Shown one piece after another: positions 52,001 to 64,000 of a stretch of 64,000 nt of DNA. Source of the stretch: Mizuhopecten yessoensis (lineage: Eukaryota); the NCBI RefSeq assembly GCF_002113885.1, contig NW_018406433.1, positions 50,215-114,214 of the forward strand. The letters are read 5' to 3'. Below the pieces are notes generated by a model. That model was not told the DNA's origin and did no database searches. It was given only the letters and a program-made list of their open reading frames with translations. Each line of letters starts with the position of its first letter. Within the stretch, counting starts at the first letter, position 1. Made by a program: the position numbers and the translations under genes.

Positions 52001-55000
52001 AGACGGGACAAGGGGACAAACATCCTCGGAGACGGGACATGATGACAAACATCCTCGGAGATGGGACATAGGGACAGGGACATTTACTTCAAACAGACTG
52101 TATCTGTTCATAGTTTTATCTTGATAAGCGATACACTTGGTTTTCCCAGTGGTGTAAGGTTTAAGATGAGGCGGTACATGTGTGACCAGCAGTTACAAGT
52201 GACCACACGTACGAGGAGACCAAACTTATACTAAGAATCTATATGTTTGTCATATACAGGGAGTAAAATCTCTAAATTAAAGTAGGCCAAACACAGGGTG
52301 TGAGATCTCTGGATTAAAGTAGGCCAAACACAGGGTACGAGATCTCTGGATTAAAGTAGACCAAACACAGGGTGTGAGATCTCTGGATTAAAGTAGACCA
52401 AACACAGGGTACGAGATCTCTGGATTAAAGTAGCCCAAACACAGGGTACGAGATCTCTAGATTAAAGTAGGCCAAGCACATGGTGCGAGATCTCTTGAAT
52501 AAAGTAAACCAAACACAGGATGCGATATCTCTAGATTAAAACAGACTGGATTAAAGTAGACCATGCAAGCACACGGTGTGAGATCTCTGGATTAAAGTAG
52601 GCCAAACATAGGGTATGAGATCTCTATATAAAAGTAGGTCAAACACATGGTGTGAGATCTCTTGATTAAAGTAGGTCAAACACAGGGTACGAGATCTCTA
52701 GATAAAAGTAGGCCAAACACATCGTGTTTGAGTACTACTGGATAAAGTAGGTCAAACAGTTTAGAGATCTCTGGATTAATTTCATACACGCAGTGTGAGA
52801 TCTCTTGATTAAGTAGGTCATACAGGGTGTGAGAACTTGGATTCAACACAGGGTGAGATAATAAAAAAACATCTGGATTTGAAGTCCATACACAGGTTGT
52901 GCAATCTCTGGATTAAAGTAGGTCTTACATGTGTTTTGAGATCTCTGAAATAAAGTAGGCCAAACACAGGGTACAAGATCTCTTGATTAAATATGTCAAA
53001 CACAGGGTGTGAGATCTCTGGATTAAAGTAGGTCAAACACAGGGTATAATATCTCTGAATTTAAGTAGGCCAAACAGGGTATAATATCTCTTGATTAAAT
53101 ATGTCAAACACAGGGTGGGAGATCTCTGGATTAAAGTAGGTCAAACACAGGGTATGATATCTCTGGATTAATGTAGGTCAAACACAGGGTGTGATATCTC
53201 TGGATTAAAGTGGTCACATGGTTTGATATCTCTGGATTAATGTAGGTCAAACACAGGGCGTGAGATCTCTGGATTAAAGTAGGTCAAACACAGGGTATAA
53301 TATCTCTGAATTTAAGTAGGCAAAACACAGGGTACAAGATCTCTTGATTACATATGTCAAACACAGAGTGTGAGATCTCAGGATTAAAGTAGGTCAAACA
53401 CAGGGTGTGATATCTCTGGATTAAAGGTGTGATATCTCTGGATTAAAGAAGGTCAAAGACAGGGTGTGATATCTCTGGATTAAAGTAGGTCAAACACAGG
53501 GTGAGATAATAAATAAAACATCTGAATTTGAAATACCATACACAGGTTGTGCAATATCTGGATTAAAGTAGGTCTTACATGTGTTTTTGATATCTCTGGA
53601 TTAATGTAGGTCAAACACAGGGCGTGAGATCTCTGGATTAAAGTAGGGCAAACACAGGGTATAATATCTCTGAATTTAAGTAGGCAAAACACAGGGAACA
53701 AGATCTCTTGATTACATATGTCAAACACAGAGTGTGAGATCTCTGGATTAAAGTAGGTCAAACACAGGGTGTGATATCTCTGGATTAAAGGTGTGATATC
53801 TCTGGATTAAAGAAGGTTAAACACAGGGTGTGATATCTCTGGATTAAAGTAGGTCAAACACAGGGTGAGATAATAAATAAAACATCTGAATTTGAAATAC
53901 CATACACAGGTTGTGCAATATCTGGATTAAAGTAGGTCTTACATGTGTTTTGAGATCTCTGGAATATAGTAGGCCAAACACAGGGTACAAGATCTCTTGA
54001 TTAAAGTAGGTCAAACACAGGGTGTGATATCTCTGGATTAATGATATATCTCATACTGCAATTGGCAGTTCAAGTAGGAAATATTTTTATATTTATTTCT
54101 TAATGGATGTAAAAATAATATATATATAGACACATTTTCAACTCTATTAAATACTCCTCACAATACACACCACTTGCCCATCCATACCAAATATCTAACA
54201 TCTAAATTGTCAACACTTCTTATATCTGGGATATTTAAAACATTATGTATTAAATAAATATCACATTTATAATAGAAAATACAATCTGAATAAATAGAAC
54301 AAAACATTTCTTTGTAAAAGTGACACAGGGAATGGACATTATCTAAAACATATGTAAAATCACAAAGGGAACTATTAGGTGTGCAATATATAATCACAAA
54401 GGGCACTGTCAGATGGGTCATGTTATAAAAAAAATAAACTTATATACATTATGTATGCATTACCAATAACATCTTTACTTTATAATTAGACTGTATTTAT
54501 TCCTGATAACATCTTGTATATGTTATATATATTTCTTCATTACTGATAACAACTTATAGATATATACTTTATAATTATGCTATATTTATGATCAATAATA
54601 CATTGTATATACTTTATAATAAGACTATACTTATAAGTGATGACACCTGATAAAAACTATATAATGAGACTTTATTTATGATCAATAATAACTTGTATAA
54701 CAACTAGACTATAGTTATCAGTGATGACACCTGATAAAAACCATATAATTAAACTGTATTTATGACCAATAACACATTGTATATACTGTATAATTAGCTA
54801 GACTGTATTTATGACCAATTAAAAATTGTATATACTGTATAATTAGCTAGACCGTATTTAAGACCAATAAAAAATTGTATATACTGTATAATAAGCTAGA
54901 CTGTATTTAAGACCAATTAAAAATTGTATAAACTGTATAATTAGCTGGACTGTATTAACTTGTATATACTGTATAATTAGCTAGACTGTATTTATGACCA

Positions 55001-58000
55001 ATTATATTTATTATATACTGTATAATTAGACTGTATTTATGACAAATAACAATCTGTGTATATACTTTTTAATAGCGTTTTTGTTATTTTCAGACCAATC
55101 CAGTCAATAAAAGAGCAGGTGTTTAGTGTGATGGACATGGTCAATTCTAATGTCACAATACGTTAGATCTGAGGTTTTGTTACTATTGCAGTACCATACA
55201 GCATCCCATGTATCTTTGATTATAAAAAATTTTTATATGTTAAACTATAATAAAACATTTTTGGGTATCTTTGAATAACAGCAATGTTTCATTTGGGGGT
55301 GAAATATATATTTGGAAGAGTACCAACTATTCATTCTACTAGTGAACTAAGACTATATAATTATCATTTCATAGGATTTAATACTGACATCAGCACACAA
55401 ACATATGTTAGTATGTATAAACAACTATTTCAATTCTAAGATATCTATATGTAAATGCACAATTTGATATAACTATAAATAGTAACATCAATCAAAGATC
55501 CTTTGTTTCATTTTCTTCCTCAAATTGTTGATTTGATGCAGCTTGATTTTCTTCTTTCAAAACTCGAAGGAAATTCCATGATTCCCGCAGTTGTTTCTTT
55601 TTCTGCAAGTATACACAACACATATAAGTGACCAGTTTTTATGGTGTTAGGTGCTAGTTTATTTTCCACAGTTTGTTAATTTCATTAACATTCATACCAT
55701 TAGTATGCTAGTTGTATCAAAATGAAGTTCATCAATCCGAATTATAGTTCTGTTAATAAGCCATCATAAGACCTTTCCCTGTCATAATTGGTTCATTTTC
55801 CGGGAGGCTTGTTGTAAAAATGGCCACTCATCTCATTCACACAGCTTTCCAGTAAAAGTAGACTAGTTACATGTACACTTATAAGTAACATTCCAGTAGG
55901 TTATAGAAACTAAAACCTTTTCAATAGGTCATAAAAATAATTGGTGAATTTTCCATCAGATATTTGTTATGACCGGTAACAATCCAGTAGAAAGTTGTAG
56001 CATCTAACAACATTTCAATAGGCAAGTTGTAGTAACTGGTAACATCACTGTAGGTTAGTTGTAGTAACTGGTAACATCCCAGTAGGTTAGTTGTAGTAAC
56101 TGGTAACATCCCTGTAGGTTAGTTGTAGTAACTGGTAACATCCCAGTAGGTTAGTTGTAGTAACTAGTAACATTCCAGTAGGTTAGTTGTAGTAACTGGT
56201 AACATCACTGTAGGTTAGTTGTAGTAACTGGTAACATCCCAGTAGGTTAGTTGTAGTAACTGGTAACATCCCAGTAGGTTAGTTGTAGTAACTGGTAACA
56301 TCCCAGTAGGTTAGTTGTAGTAACTGGTAACATCCCAGTAGGTTAGTTGTAGTAACTGGTAACATCCCAGTAGGTTAGTTGTAGTAACTGGTAACATCCC
56401 AGTAGGTTAGTTGTAGTAACTGGTAACATCCCAGTAGGTTAGTTGTAGTAACTGGTAACATCCCAGTAGGTTAGTTGTAGTAACTGGTAACATCCCAGTA
56501 GGTTAGTTGTAGTAACTGGTAACATCCCAGTAGGTTAGTTGTAGTAACTGGTAACATCCCAGTAGGTTAGTTGTAGTAACTGGTAACATCCCAGTAGGTT
56601 AGTTGTAGTAACTGGTAACATCCCAGTAGGTTAGTTGTAGTAACTGGTAACATCCCAGTAGGTTAGTTGTAGTAACTGGTAACATCCCAGTAGGTTAGTT
56701 GTAGTAACTGGTAACATTCCAGTAGGTTAGTTGTAGTAACTGGTAACATCCCAGTAGGTTAGTTGTAGTAACTAGTAACATTCCAGTAGGTTAGTTGTAG
56801 TAACTGGTAACATCCCTGTAGGTTAGTTGTAGTAACTGGTAACATCCCAGTAGGTTAGTTGTAGTAACTGGTAACATCCCAGTAGGTTAGTTGTAGTAAC
56901 TGGTAACATCCCAGTAGGTTAGTTGTAGTAACTGGTAACATCCCAGTAGGTTAGTTGTAGTAACTGGTAACATCCCAGTAGGTTAGTTGTAGTAACTGGT
57001 AACATCCCAGTAGGTTAGTTGTAGTAACTGGTAACATCCCAGTAGGTTAGTTGTAGTAACTGGTAACATCCCAGTAGGTTAGTTGTAGTAACTGGTAACA
57101 TCCCAGTAGGTTAGTTGTAGTAACTGGTAACATCCCAGTAGGTTAGTTGTAGTAACTGGTAACATCCCAGTAGGTTAGTTGTAGTAACTGGTAACATCCC
57201 AGTAGGTTAGTTGTAGTAACTGGTAACATTCCAGTAGGTTAGTTGTAGGTAGTAACTGGTAACATTCCAGTAGGTCAGTTGTAGTATCTAGTAACATTCC
57301 AGTAGGTTAGTTGTAGTAACTTGTATCATCACTGTAGGTTAGTTGTAGTAACTGGTAACATTCCAGTAGGTTAGTTGTAGTAACTGGTAACATGCCTGTA
57401 GGTTAGTTGTAGTAACTGGTAACATCACTGTAGATTAGTTGTAGTAACTGGTAACATCCCGGTAGGTTAGTTGTAGTAACTGGTAACATCCCAGTAGGTT
57501 AGTTGTAGTAACTGGTAACATGCCTGTAGGTTAGTTGTAGTAACTGGTAACATTCAAGTAGGTTTGTTGTAGTAACTGGTAACATCCCTGTAGGTTAGTT
57601 GTCGTAACTGGTAACATACCAGTAGGTTAGTTGTAGTAACTGGTAACCTTCCAGTAGGTTAGCTGTAGTAACTGGTAACATCCCTGTAGGTTAGTTGTAG
57701 TAACTGGTATCATCCCTGTAGGTAAGTTGTAGTAACTGGTAACATACCAGTAGGTTAGCTGTGGTAACTGGTAACATCCCTGTAGGTTAGTTGTAGTAAC
57801 TGGTAACATACCAGTAGGTTAGATGTAGTAACTGGTAACATCCCTGTAGGATAGTTGTAGTAACTGGTAACATCCCAGTAGGTTAGTTGTAGTAACTGGT
57901 ATCATCCATGTAGGTAAGTTGTAGTAACTGGTAACATCACTGTAGGTTAGTTGTAGTAACTGGTAAAATATCAGTAGGTAAGTTGTGGCCAGTGGTAACA

Positions 58001-61000
58001 TTCCTGTAGATTAGTTGTAGGAACTGGAAACGTTCCAGTAGGTTAGTTGTAGTAACTGTGATTATTACTGTAGGTTAGTTGTAGTAACTGGTAAAATATC
58101 AGTAGGTAAGTTGTGGCCAGTGGTAACATTCCTGTAGATTAGTTGTAGGAACTGGAAACATTCCAGTAGGTTAGTTGTTGTAACTGGTAACATATCAGTA
58201 GGTTAGTTGTAGTAACTGGTAACATCACTGTAGGTTAGTTGTAGTAACTGGTAAAATATCAGTAGGTAAGTTGTGGCCAGTGGTAACATTCCTGTAGATT
58301 AGTTGTAGGCACTGGAAACATTCCAGTAGGTTAGTTCTAGTAACTGGTAACATTCCAGTAGGTTAGTTGTAGTAACTGGTAAAATATCAGTAGGTAAGTT
58401 GTAGCCAGTGGTAACATTCCTGTAGATTAGTTGTAGGAACTGGAAACATTCCAGTAGGTTAGTTGTAGTAACTGGTAACATTCCAGTAGGTTAGTTGTAG
58501 TAACTGGTAATATTCAAGTAGGTTAGTTGTAACTTGAAACATTAGGTTACTTATTCAATTACAACAAGAGGCCTATATGGCCTGTATTGCTTGCCTGGAT
58601 ATTTAAGCAATACTGGGAATTATTTTCATAAAACTTCTTTTTATAGCAAAATTATATGAAGAGTGATACTGTATCTAACTTAGGACTAAAGGACTAAGTC
58701 CACATGGGCAACTAATGAGTGTATCTGTCTGTCCATGTCCAGCAATTGTATACATGTATATGGTTACAGATCATTGATCTCAAACATTTCCATGTTATGA
58801 CTCAGGGACTAAATCAAGAATGGTGGGGCCAGACCATAGTGCTAACTTTAATAGCATTATTGTATCGTCTCTTGATGTCCAGTGCTTGTATTTATGGTTG
58901 CAGGGTAGGGATCAATTATTTCAATGTTATGACCAAGGAACTAAAATCCTGTGGGAGAGGCAGGACCCCGAAACTCAGACTAAATAGCAAGGAGCTCAGT
59001 TGAACCATGCGGCAAATTCTGACTGAATGATTGTGTTTGTCTCCTCATGGTCAGCAATTGTATATAGATAGTTATGGGATTGGACTGTTTCAACTGTTTC
59101 TTTAAGTTATGACCCAATTCTTGAAGACTCCAGGGATGGGCTGGACCCAAGGGTGTATTTGTCTTTTTATCACAGCAATTGAATGCATGGTTAAAGGGCT
59201 GGGAACTACATTCTACCATTTAGATAATGAAGTCACATGAGGAAATTGTTGACAGACAATAACAGATGCCACTGTAGGGCCTATGCTCAACTTGGTCCTT
59301 CCAACCAGATGAGCTATAATTGATCTCCCTTTACAGAGACCTCAGTAATGACAATTTATCCAGGTTACATGTAGGTTTGTCCCCTATCACCATGTCATAC
59401 CTGTAGGTTTGTCCTCTATCTCCATGTCATACCTGTAGGTTTGTCCCCTATCACCATGTCATACCTGTAGGCTTCTCTCTCTCTCCCCCCCCCCCTTTCA
59501 CAATGTCATACCTGTAGTCTGTTAATACATTATCATGCCATACCTGTAAGTTTGTTCGTTCATTACCATGTCATACCTGCAAGTTTGTCCCCGCCCCCTC
59601 CACGTTGTCATACCTGTAATTTGTCTACCTCCACCATGTCATACCTGCAGCAAGTTTGTTCCCCNCCCCTCACCCAGTCCTACCTGTCGGTTTGTTCTCC
59701 TGTTAACTCACCTCTATATTACCCCTCCATCTGTCAGCAGCATTCCGTGCCAGTTCCAGCTCCTTTTCTTTGAGTCCTCGATGACGCTTATATGCTATTT
59801 CCACAAAGATAAGGAACACACCGGCAACAATTCCTCCGGCCACCATCATGAACACACCTGAATATAACATTGAATATATGTTACATCTTTAATCAACTTA
59901 TTGTCTCACTTCTCTGATTGACCAAACATTTTCGGGATATTGTAAACAACATATTTTTTAACATCTGCAAACATGAATGAAAGATTGTGAAAACAAGCAT
60001 TTTGTATGTGTCGTCTGCACCAGCTAGTTGACGTGATGGATGATACCAATTTAACGATGATGAAGGAAAGAAAGGCAACAGATATCTCATGAGTTTTGAT
60101 CACAGCAAAGGTAATCAATAATGTGATTGTTTTGCAGGCAATGACCAACCTTAATGAGGTACAAACCTATATTTAATGTAAAGCTTTAATGACTAGATAG
60201 TCACATACCTGCCATGTTGGTCAGACCAAGTGTGGCGGGCGCTGAGTCTCGTTCACTCTCGGAGCAGTCAGTGCTCTCATTGAGAATCCACTTATTGTCT
60301 AGTTCCTCCATACGACCACCTGTCACAAAGTAATCGTTTCTGGTGTCACTCTCATACAAACTATATTTACACCTGGTAAAACACTGGAAATATCAATCAC
60401 AAAATGTAACTTTTTAATGAAACATTTGGGTATGAACTACAAAATGACAATCATAATTATATATCTCTAGCTCACAATCAAAGGATTGTAATCTGTTACA
60501 TGTTTTGAGTCAGAATCAATCTGTGTATCCGTGTACATCTCACACAAAAACATCATTTATTGATCATACAAGTATTATCTTATAGAGGATTCCTATAGAA
60601 CATGTGATACATATTCATGGTGATGAGAGATATTACGGAGAGATCACTTAAGGCTGTATACATTGTTTATTGATTAGATATGTTTTTGTGTGTTTGATTT
60701 GCGATTTACTTTCAAGGAAGCAAAATGTAACAGAAAGAAAACCTGGTAGTAGTGTCTTTTATGTCTTTGCTTGCAGAGCAAAGAGTGAAAATGATCTTTG
60801 GATCTTTGGAAGTTTTGCTTACGTTCATGGAGTTTTAGAATTGCCATAGAGATATCATGGGTCCAAGGACTTTTCTTGCGGAGACCAATTCCAAGGCCTG
60901 ACCGACCAAACAGCTCTCCAGCAGTGATCAGCTCACAATCTTTGGCAGCCTCGTACTCCAGACGGGATGAGTCCCAGATAAATGCTTGAAGCTCACTACA

Positions 61001-62333
61001 ACACAAAAACACAGGTTTCAACATTTGTCATACATGTGTCAATATATGTCATACAGGTATCAATGTATGTCATACAGGTATCAATATATGTCATACAGGT
61101 GTCAATATATGTCATACATGTATCAATGTATGTCTTACAGGTATCAGCATTTGTAATAAATGTGTCAATGTATGTCATACAGGTGTCAATGTATGTCATA
61201 CAGGTATCAACATTTGTCATACAGGTGTCAATGTATGTCATACAGGTGTCAATGTATGTCCTACATGTGTCAATGTAAACCATACAACTATCAACATTTG
61301 TGATACAGGTGTCAATGTAAGTCATACAGGTGTCAATGTATGTCATATATGTATCAACATTTGTCATACAGGACGGTGTCAATATATGCCATACAGCTGT
61401 CAATGTATGTCATACAGGTATCAAGATTTGTCATACAGGTATCAATATATATCATACAGGTATCGATGAATGTCATACAGGTATCAACATGTCATACAGG
61501 TGTCAATAAATTTATATAAGTATACAGAAATGTCCTACAGGTGTCACCATGTCACATAGGTATACAGAAATGCCATACAAGCTTCAACAAATTTCATACA
61601 GGAACTAAAACGATGTCTGAATGAATATCATAAGGTATCAACATATGGCATAAAGTTACTAAAAATATCTTACAGGTGCTATTGTTCTGTTATAAAAATA
61701 AGATTTTTGTAAATTATCCATATACAAATTTTGATGATGCATTTTGATTTTTATTTACAATGTAACAAAAAGAGAAATATAGAATAATTTTAACTGATTC
61801 TCCTACACCCTGTTATACAGAGGACGTACCCTTTCTTCACTTCGTTGATAGCTTCCTCAGCTGTGCGGTAGTTTCGTGTCTCCATCTGACGGTACATGGT
61901 AGATAACTCCACTTGTCTCTTGAAATACATCTCTACAGCACTGTTCTTCACCGTGGCATATTTGAAGTTTTCATTTGGATTACGGAGCTGTCAATGACAA
62001 ATACAAACCTTGTGTACATCATCACACCCATTGACTGACATACCATTAGTACAGACTTGGCCACCTCTTAACATATTTCAAAACTAATATTGAGATTTTT
62101 CTTACATTATTTAATTTAATTGACACAGAGTTGTGGCTCCCCACTGTTGTATACCAGATACATGTTTGGACATGTGATACCTACCCTAGCATCGTCTATG
62201 CCTGTAATTGAGGCCTCGGGACGATCCAGCACCAGAAACGCTGCCAGGTTAGCAGTGTAGGAAGCCACAATGATCATAGCAAAGCCAGCCCACACCATTC
62301 CTAGTACACGGGCACTGAAGCTGCGTGGGGTTC
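49050..62333 (-). CDS. GRIN1: NMDA-type glutamate receptor subunit GluN1 (NR1), 3' part; 5' exons lie beyond the window end
   Basis: Exons 62333-62185 ([39 protein letters not shown]3), 61987-61830 ([33 protein letters not shown]), 60995-60823 ([19 protein letters not shown]...GELFGRSG), 60319-60209 (MEELDNKWI...[10 protein letters not shown]), 59857-59712 (M4 and C0, ending DRWRGNIE), and terminal 49322-49050 (KRRTLRQ...[15 protein letters not shown]). All GT-AG; phases 1-0-2-1-1-0 are consistent. Confidence 0.95.
51250..52075. repeat. ~32-bp minisatellite in a GluN1 intron
   Basis: (gggacatggtgacaaacatcctcggagac)-type units, about 27 copies. Confidence 0.92.
52265..54045. repeat. ~37-bp degenerate minisatellite in a GluN1 intron
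   Basis: (gagatctctggattaaagtaggtcaaacacagggtgt)n with larger block duplications. Confidence 0.9.
54470..55050. repeat. ~50-bp degenerate AT-rich tandem repeat
   Basis: Repeated tataattagctagactgtatttatgaccaat...tgtatatactg. Confidence 0.7.
55492..55602 (-). CDS. GRIN1: Candidate alternative terminal exon of GluN1 ([36 protein letters not shown])
   Basis: Acceptor gtatacttgcag at 55603-55605; phase 0 matches the C0 exon donor; 36 open codons then TGA; its start KKKQLRE parallels KRRTLRQ of the distal terminal exon. Confidence 0.6.
   Translation of the reverse strand, partial: KKKQLRESWNFLRVLKEENQAASNQQFEEENETKDL
55985..58530. repeat. 32-bp minisatellite in a GluN1 intron
   Basis: (gtaggttagttgtagtaactggtaacatccca)n, about 78 copies. 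Confidence 0.95.
58564..59316 (-). mobile_element. Degenerate HINE-like element, reverse orientation
   Basis: Plus strand starts caagaggcctatatggcctgtattgcttgcctgg (hairpin and subTIR) and ends ccagatgagcta; internal degenerate ~135-bp repeats. Confidence 0.55.
59365..59690. repeat. ~33-bp degenerate tandem repeat beside the GluN1 M4-exon donor
   Basis: Repeated catgtcatacctgtaggtttgtccc. Confidence 0.75.
61010..61600. repeat. 21-bp minisatellite abutting a GluN1 3' splice site
   Basis: (tcaatgtatgtcatacaggtg)n. Confidence 0.9.
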
Positions 62334-62342
62334 CTACAACAA

Positions 62343-63293
62343 GTTGTATGATGATGTAGAACACAACAGGGGTTTATAAACCCAAAGTCTAACCGGTCAT
62401 ACAGGTTGTATGATGATGTAGAAGACAGGGGTTTATAAACCCAAAGTCTAACCGGTCATACAGGTTGTACCATGATGTAGAAGACAGGGGTTTATAAACC
62501 CAAAGTCTAACCGGTCATACAGGTTGTATGATGATGTAGAAGACAGGGGTTTGTAAACCCAAAGTCTAACCGGTCATACAGGTTGTACCATGATGTAGAA
62601 GACAGGGGTTTATAAACCCAAAGTCTAACCGGTCATACAGGTTGTACCATGATGTAGAAGACAGGGGTTTATAAACCCAAAGTCTAACCGGTCATACAGG
62701 TTGTACCATGATGTAGAAGACAGGGGTTTATAAACCCAAAGTCTAACCGGTCATACAGGTTGTACCATGATGTAGAAGACAGGGGTTTATAAACCCAAAG
62801 TCTAACCGGTCATACAGGTTGTACCATGATGTAGAAGACAGGGGTTTATAAACCCAAAGTCTAACCGGTCATACAGGTTGTACCATGATGTAGAAGACAG
62901 GGGTTTATAAACCCAAAGTCTAACCGGTCATACAGGTTGTACCATGATGTAGAAGACAGGGGTTTATAAACCCAAAGTCTAACCGGTCATACAGGTTGTA
63001 CCATGATGTAGAAGACAGGGGTTTATAAACCCAAAGTCTAACCGGTCATACAGGTTGTACCATGATGTAGAAGACAGGGGTTTATAAACCCAAAGTCTAA
63101 CCGGTCATACAGGTTGTACCATGATGTAGAAGACAGGGGTTTATAAACCCAAAGTCTAACCGGTCATACAGGTTGTACCATGATGTAGAAGACAGGGGTT
63201 TATAAACCCAAAGTCTAACCGGTCATACAGGTTGTACCATGATGACGTAGAAGACAGGGGTTTATATGCCCAAAGTCTAACCGGTCATACAGG
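62343..63293. repeat. 59-bp minisatellite abutting the GluN1 M3-exon acceptor
   Basis: (gttgtaccatgatgtagaagacaggggtttataaacccaaagtctaaccggtcatacag)n, about 16 copies. Confidence 0.95.
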
Positions 63294-63605
63294 ACAACCT
63301 GTTCATCTTATACAAATAACAAAATCTCTTCTTCCTGTAGGGAAACACAATAATATCATTTAAACCTTTACCTAAACAATTAAGTTTTTTAACATAAAAT
63401 AAAAACACAGAGCATCATTTGCATATGCACATACTTCACATTACTGTAAACATAAAGTATTTAATTTCAAAACACAATAGTTTTTTTTAATTTTACCTCC
63501 AAGGCAAAACATTACATATAATATACCTTCTAACAAAGAGAATTTTTAAATCGATATTGCTGCTAATGTGCTACTTACACTCTCTAACCTGCTACCACTG
63601 ATACC

Positions 63606-64000
63606 TTGCTGTGTGTGACCTACTTACCCTCCCCAATATCACTGAGACTTTGCTGTGTGTGACCTACTTACCTTCCCCAATATCACTGAGACTTTGCTGT
63701 GTGTGACCTACTTCCCCTCCCCAATATCACTGAGACTTTGCTGTGAGTGACCTACTTACCCTCCCTAATATCACTGAGACTTTGCTGTGAGTGACCTACT
63801 TATCCTCACCAATACCACTGAGACTTTGCTGTGAGTGACCTACTTACCCTCCCCAATATCACTGAGACTTTGCTGTGTGTGCCCTCCTTACCTTCCCCAA
63901 TATCACTGAGACTTTGCTGTGTGTGACCTACTTACCTTCCCCAATATCACTGAGACTTTGTTGTGTGTGACCTACTTACCCTCCCCAATATCACTGAGAC
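63606..64000 (-). repeat. 44-bp minisatellite made of a duplicated GluN1 exon end plus 5' splice donor
   Basis: Minus-strand unit ...ctc agt gat att ggg gaa g|gtaagtaggtcacacacagcaaagt; about 9 copies, continuing past the window end. Confidence 0.88.

Noticed and set aside
51149-52124. 286-320-aa Cys/Pro-rich ORFs inside the GluN1 intron
   Set aside because: Short-unit minisatellite cycling through frames; not a nested gene.
17358-63293. Regular short repeats as possible CRISPR arrays
   Set aside because: Units are head-to-tail with no unique spacers, there are no cas genes, and the DNA is eukaryotic with spliceosomal introns.

Overview
AT-rich, intron-containing, repeat-dense animal genomic DNA. 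It is most likely a bivalve mollusc (inferred from gene content and TE types). There is one 502-N assembly gap at 22648-23149. Four host genes can be read with GT-AG splice sites: (1) a single-coding-exon CXorf38/DUF4559-like (HEPN-like) gene on the minus strand at 6129-6773; (2) a complete 11-exon, 739-aa secreted GH3 beta-xylosidase-like gene on the plus strand at 11735-19130; (3) a myristoylated neuronal calcium sensor (neurocalcin/hippocalcin-like) on the minus strand at 32825-33694; (4) the 3' half of an NMDA receptor GluN1 gene on the minus strand from 49050 to beyond 62333, with two candidate alternative terminal exons. The rest is Helentron-type HINEs with internal tandem arrays, a complete TRIM with tRNA-derived terminal repeats, TIR MITEs, decayed Gypsy/Penelope/LINE relics and about 18 minisatellites. 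Most long entries in the ORF track are translations of these repeats. The most unusual observations are minisatellites built from functional gene punctuation (an amplified GluN1 pore-loop splice donor; an array starting at the GH3 stop codon with an internal inversion), the tRNA-headed TRIM, the alternative GluN1 tail and the degenerate HEPN motif. All homology calls are by motif recognition from memory; no searches were run.
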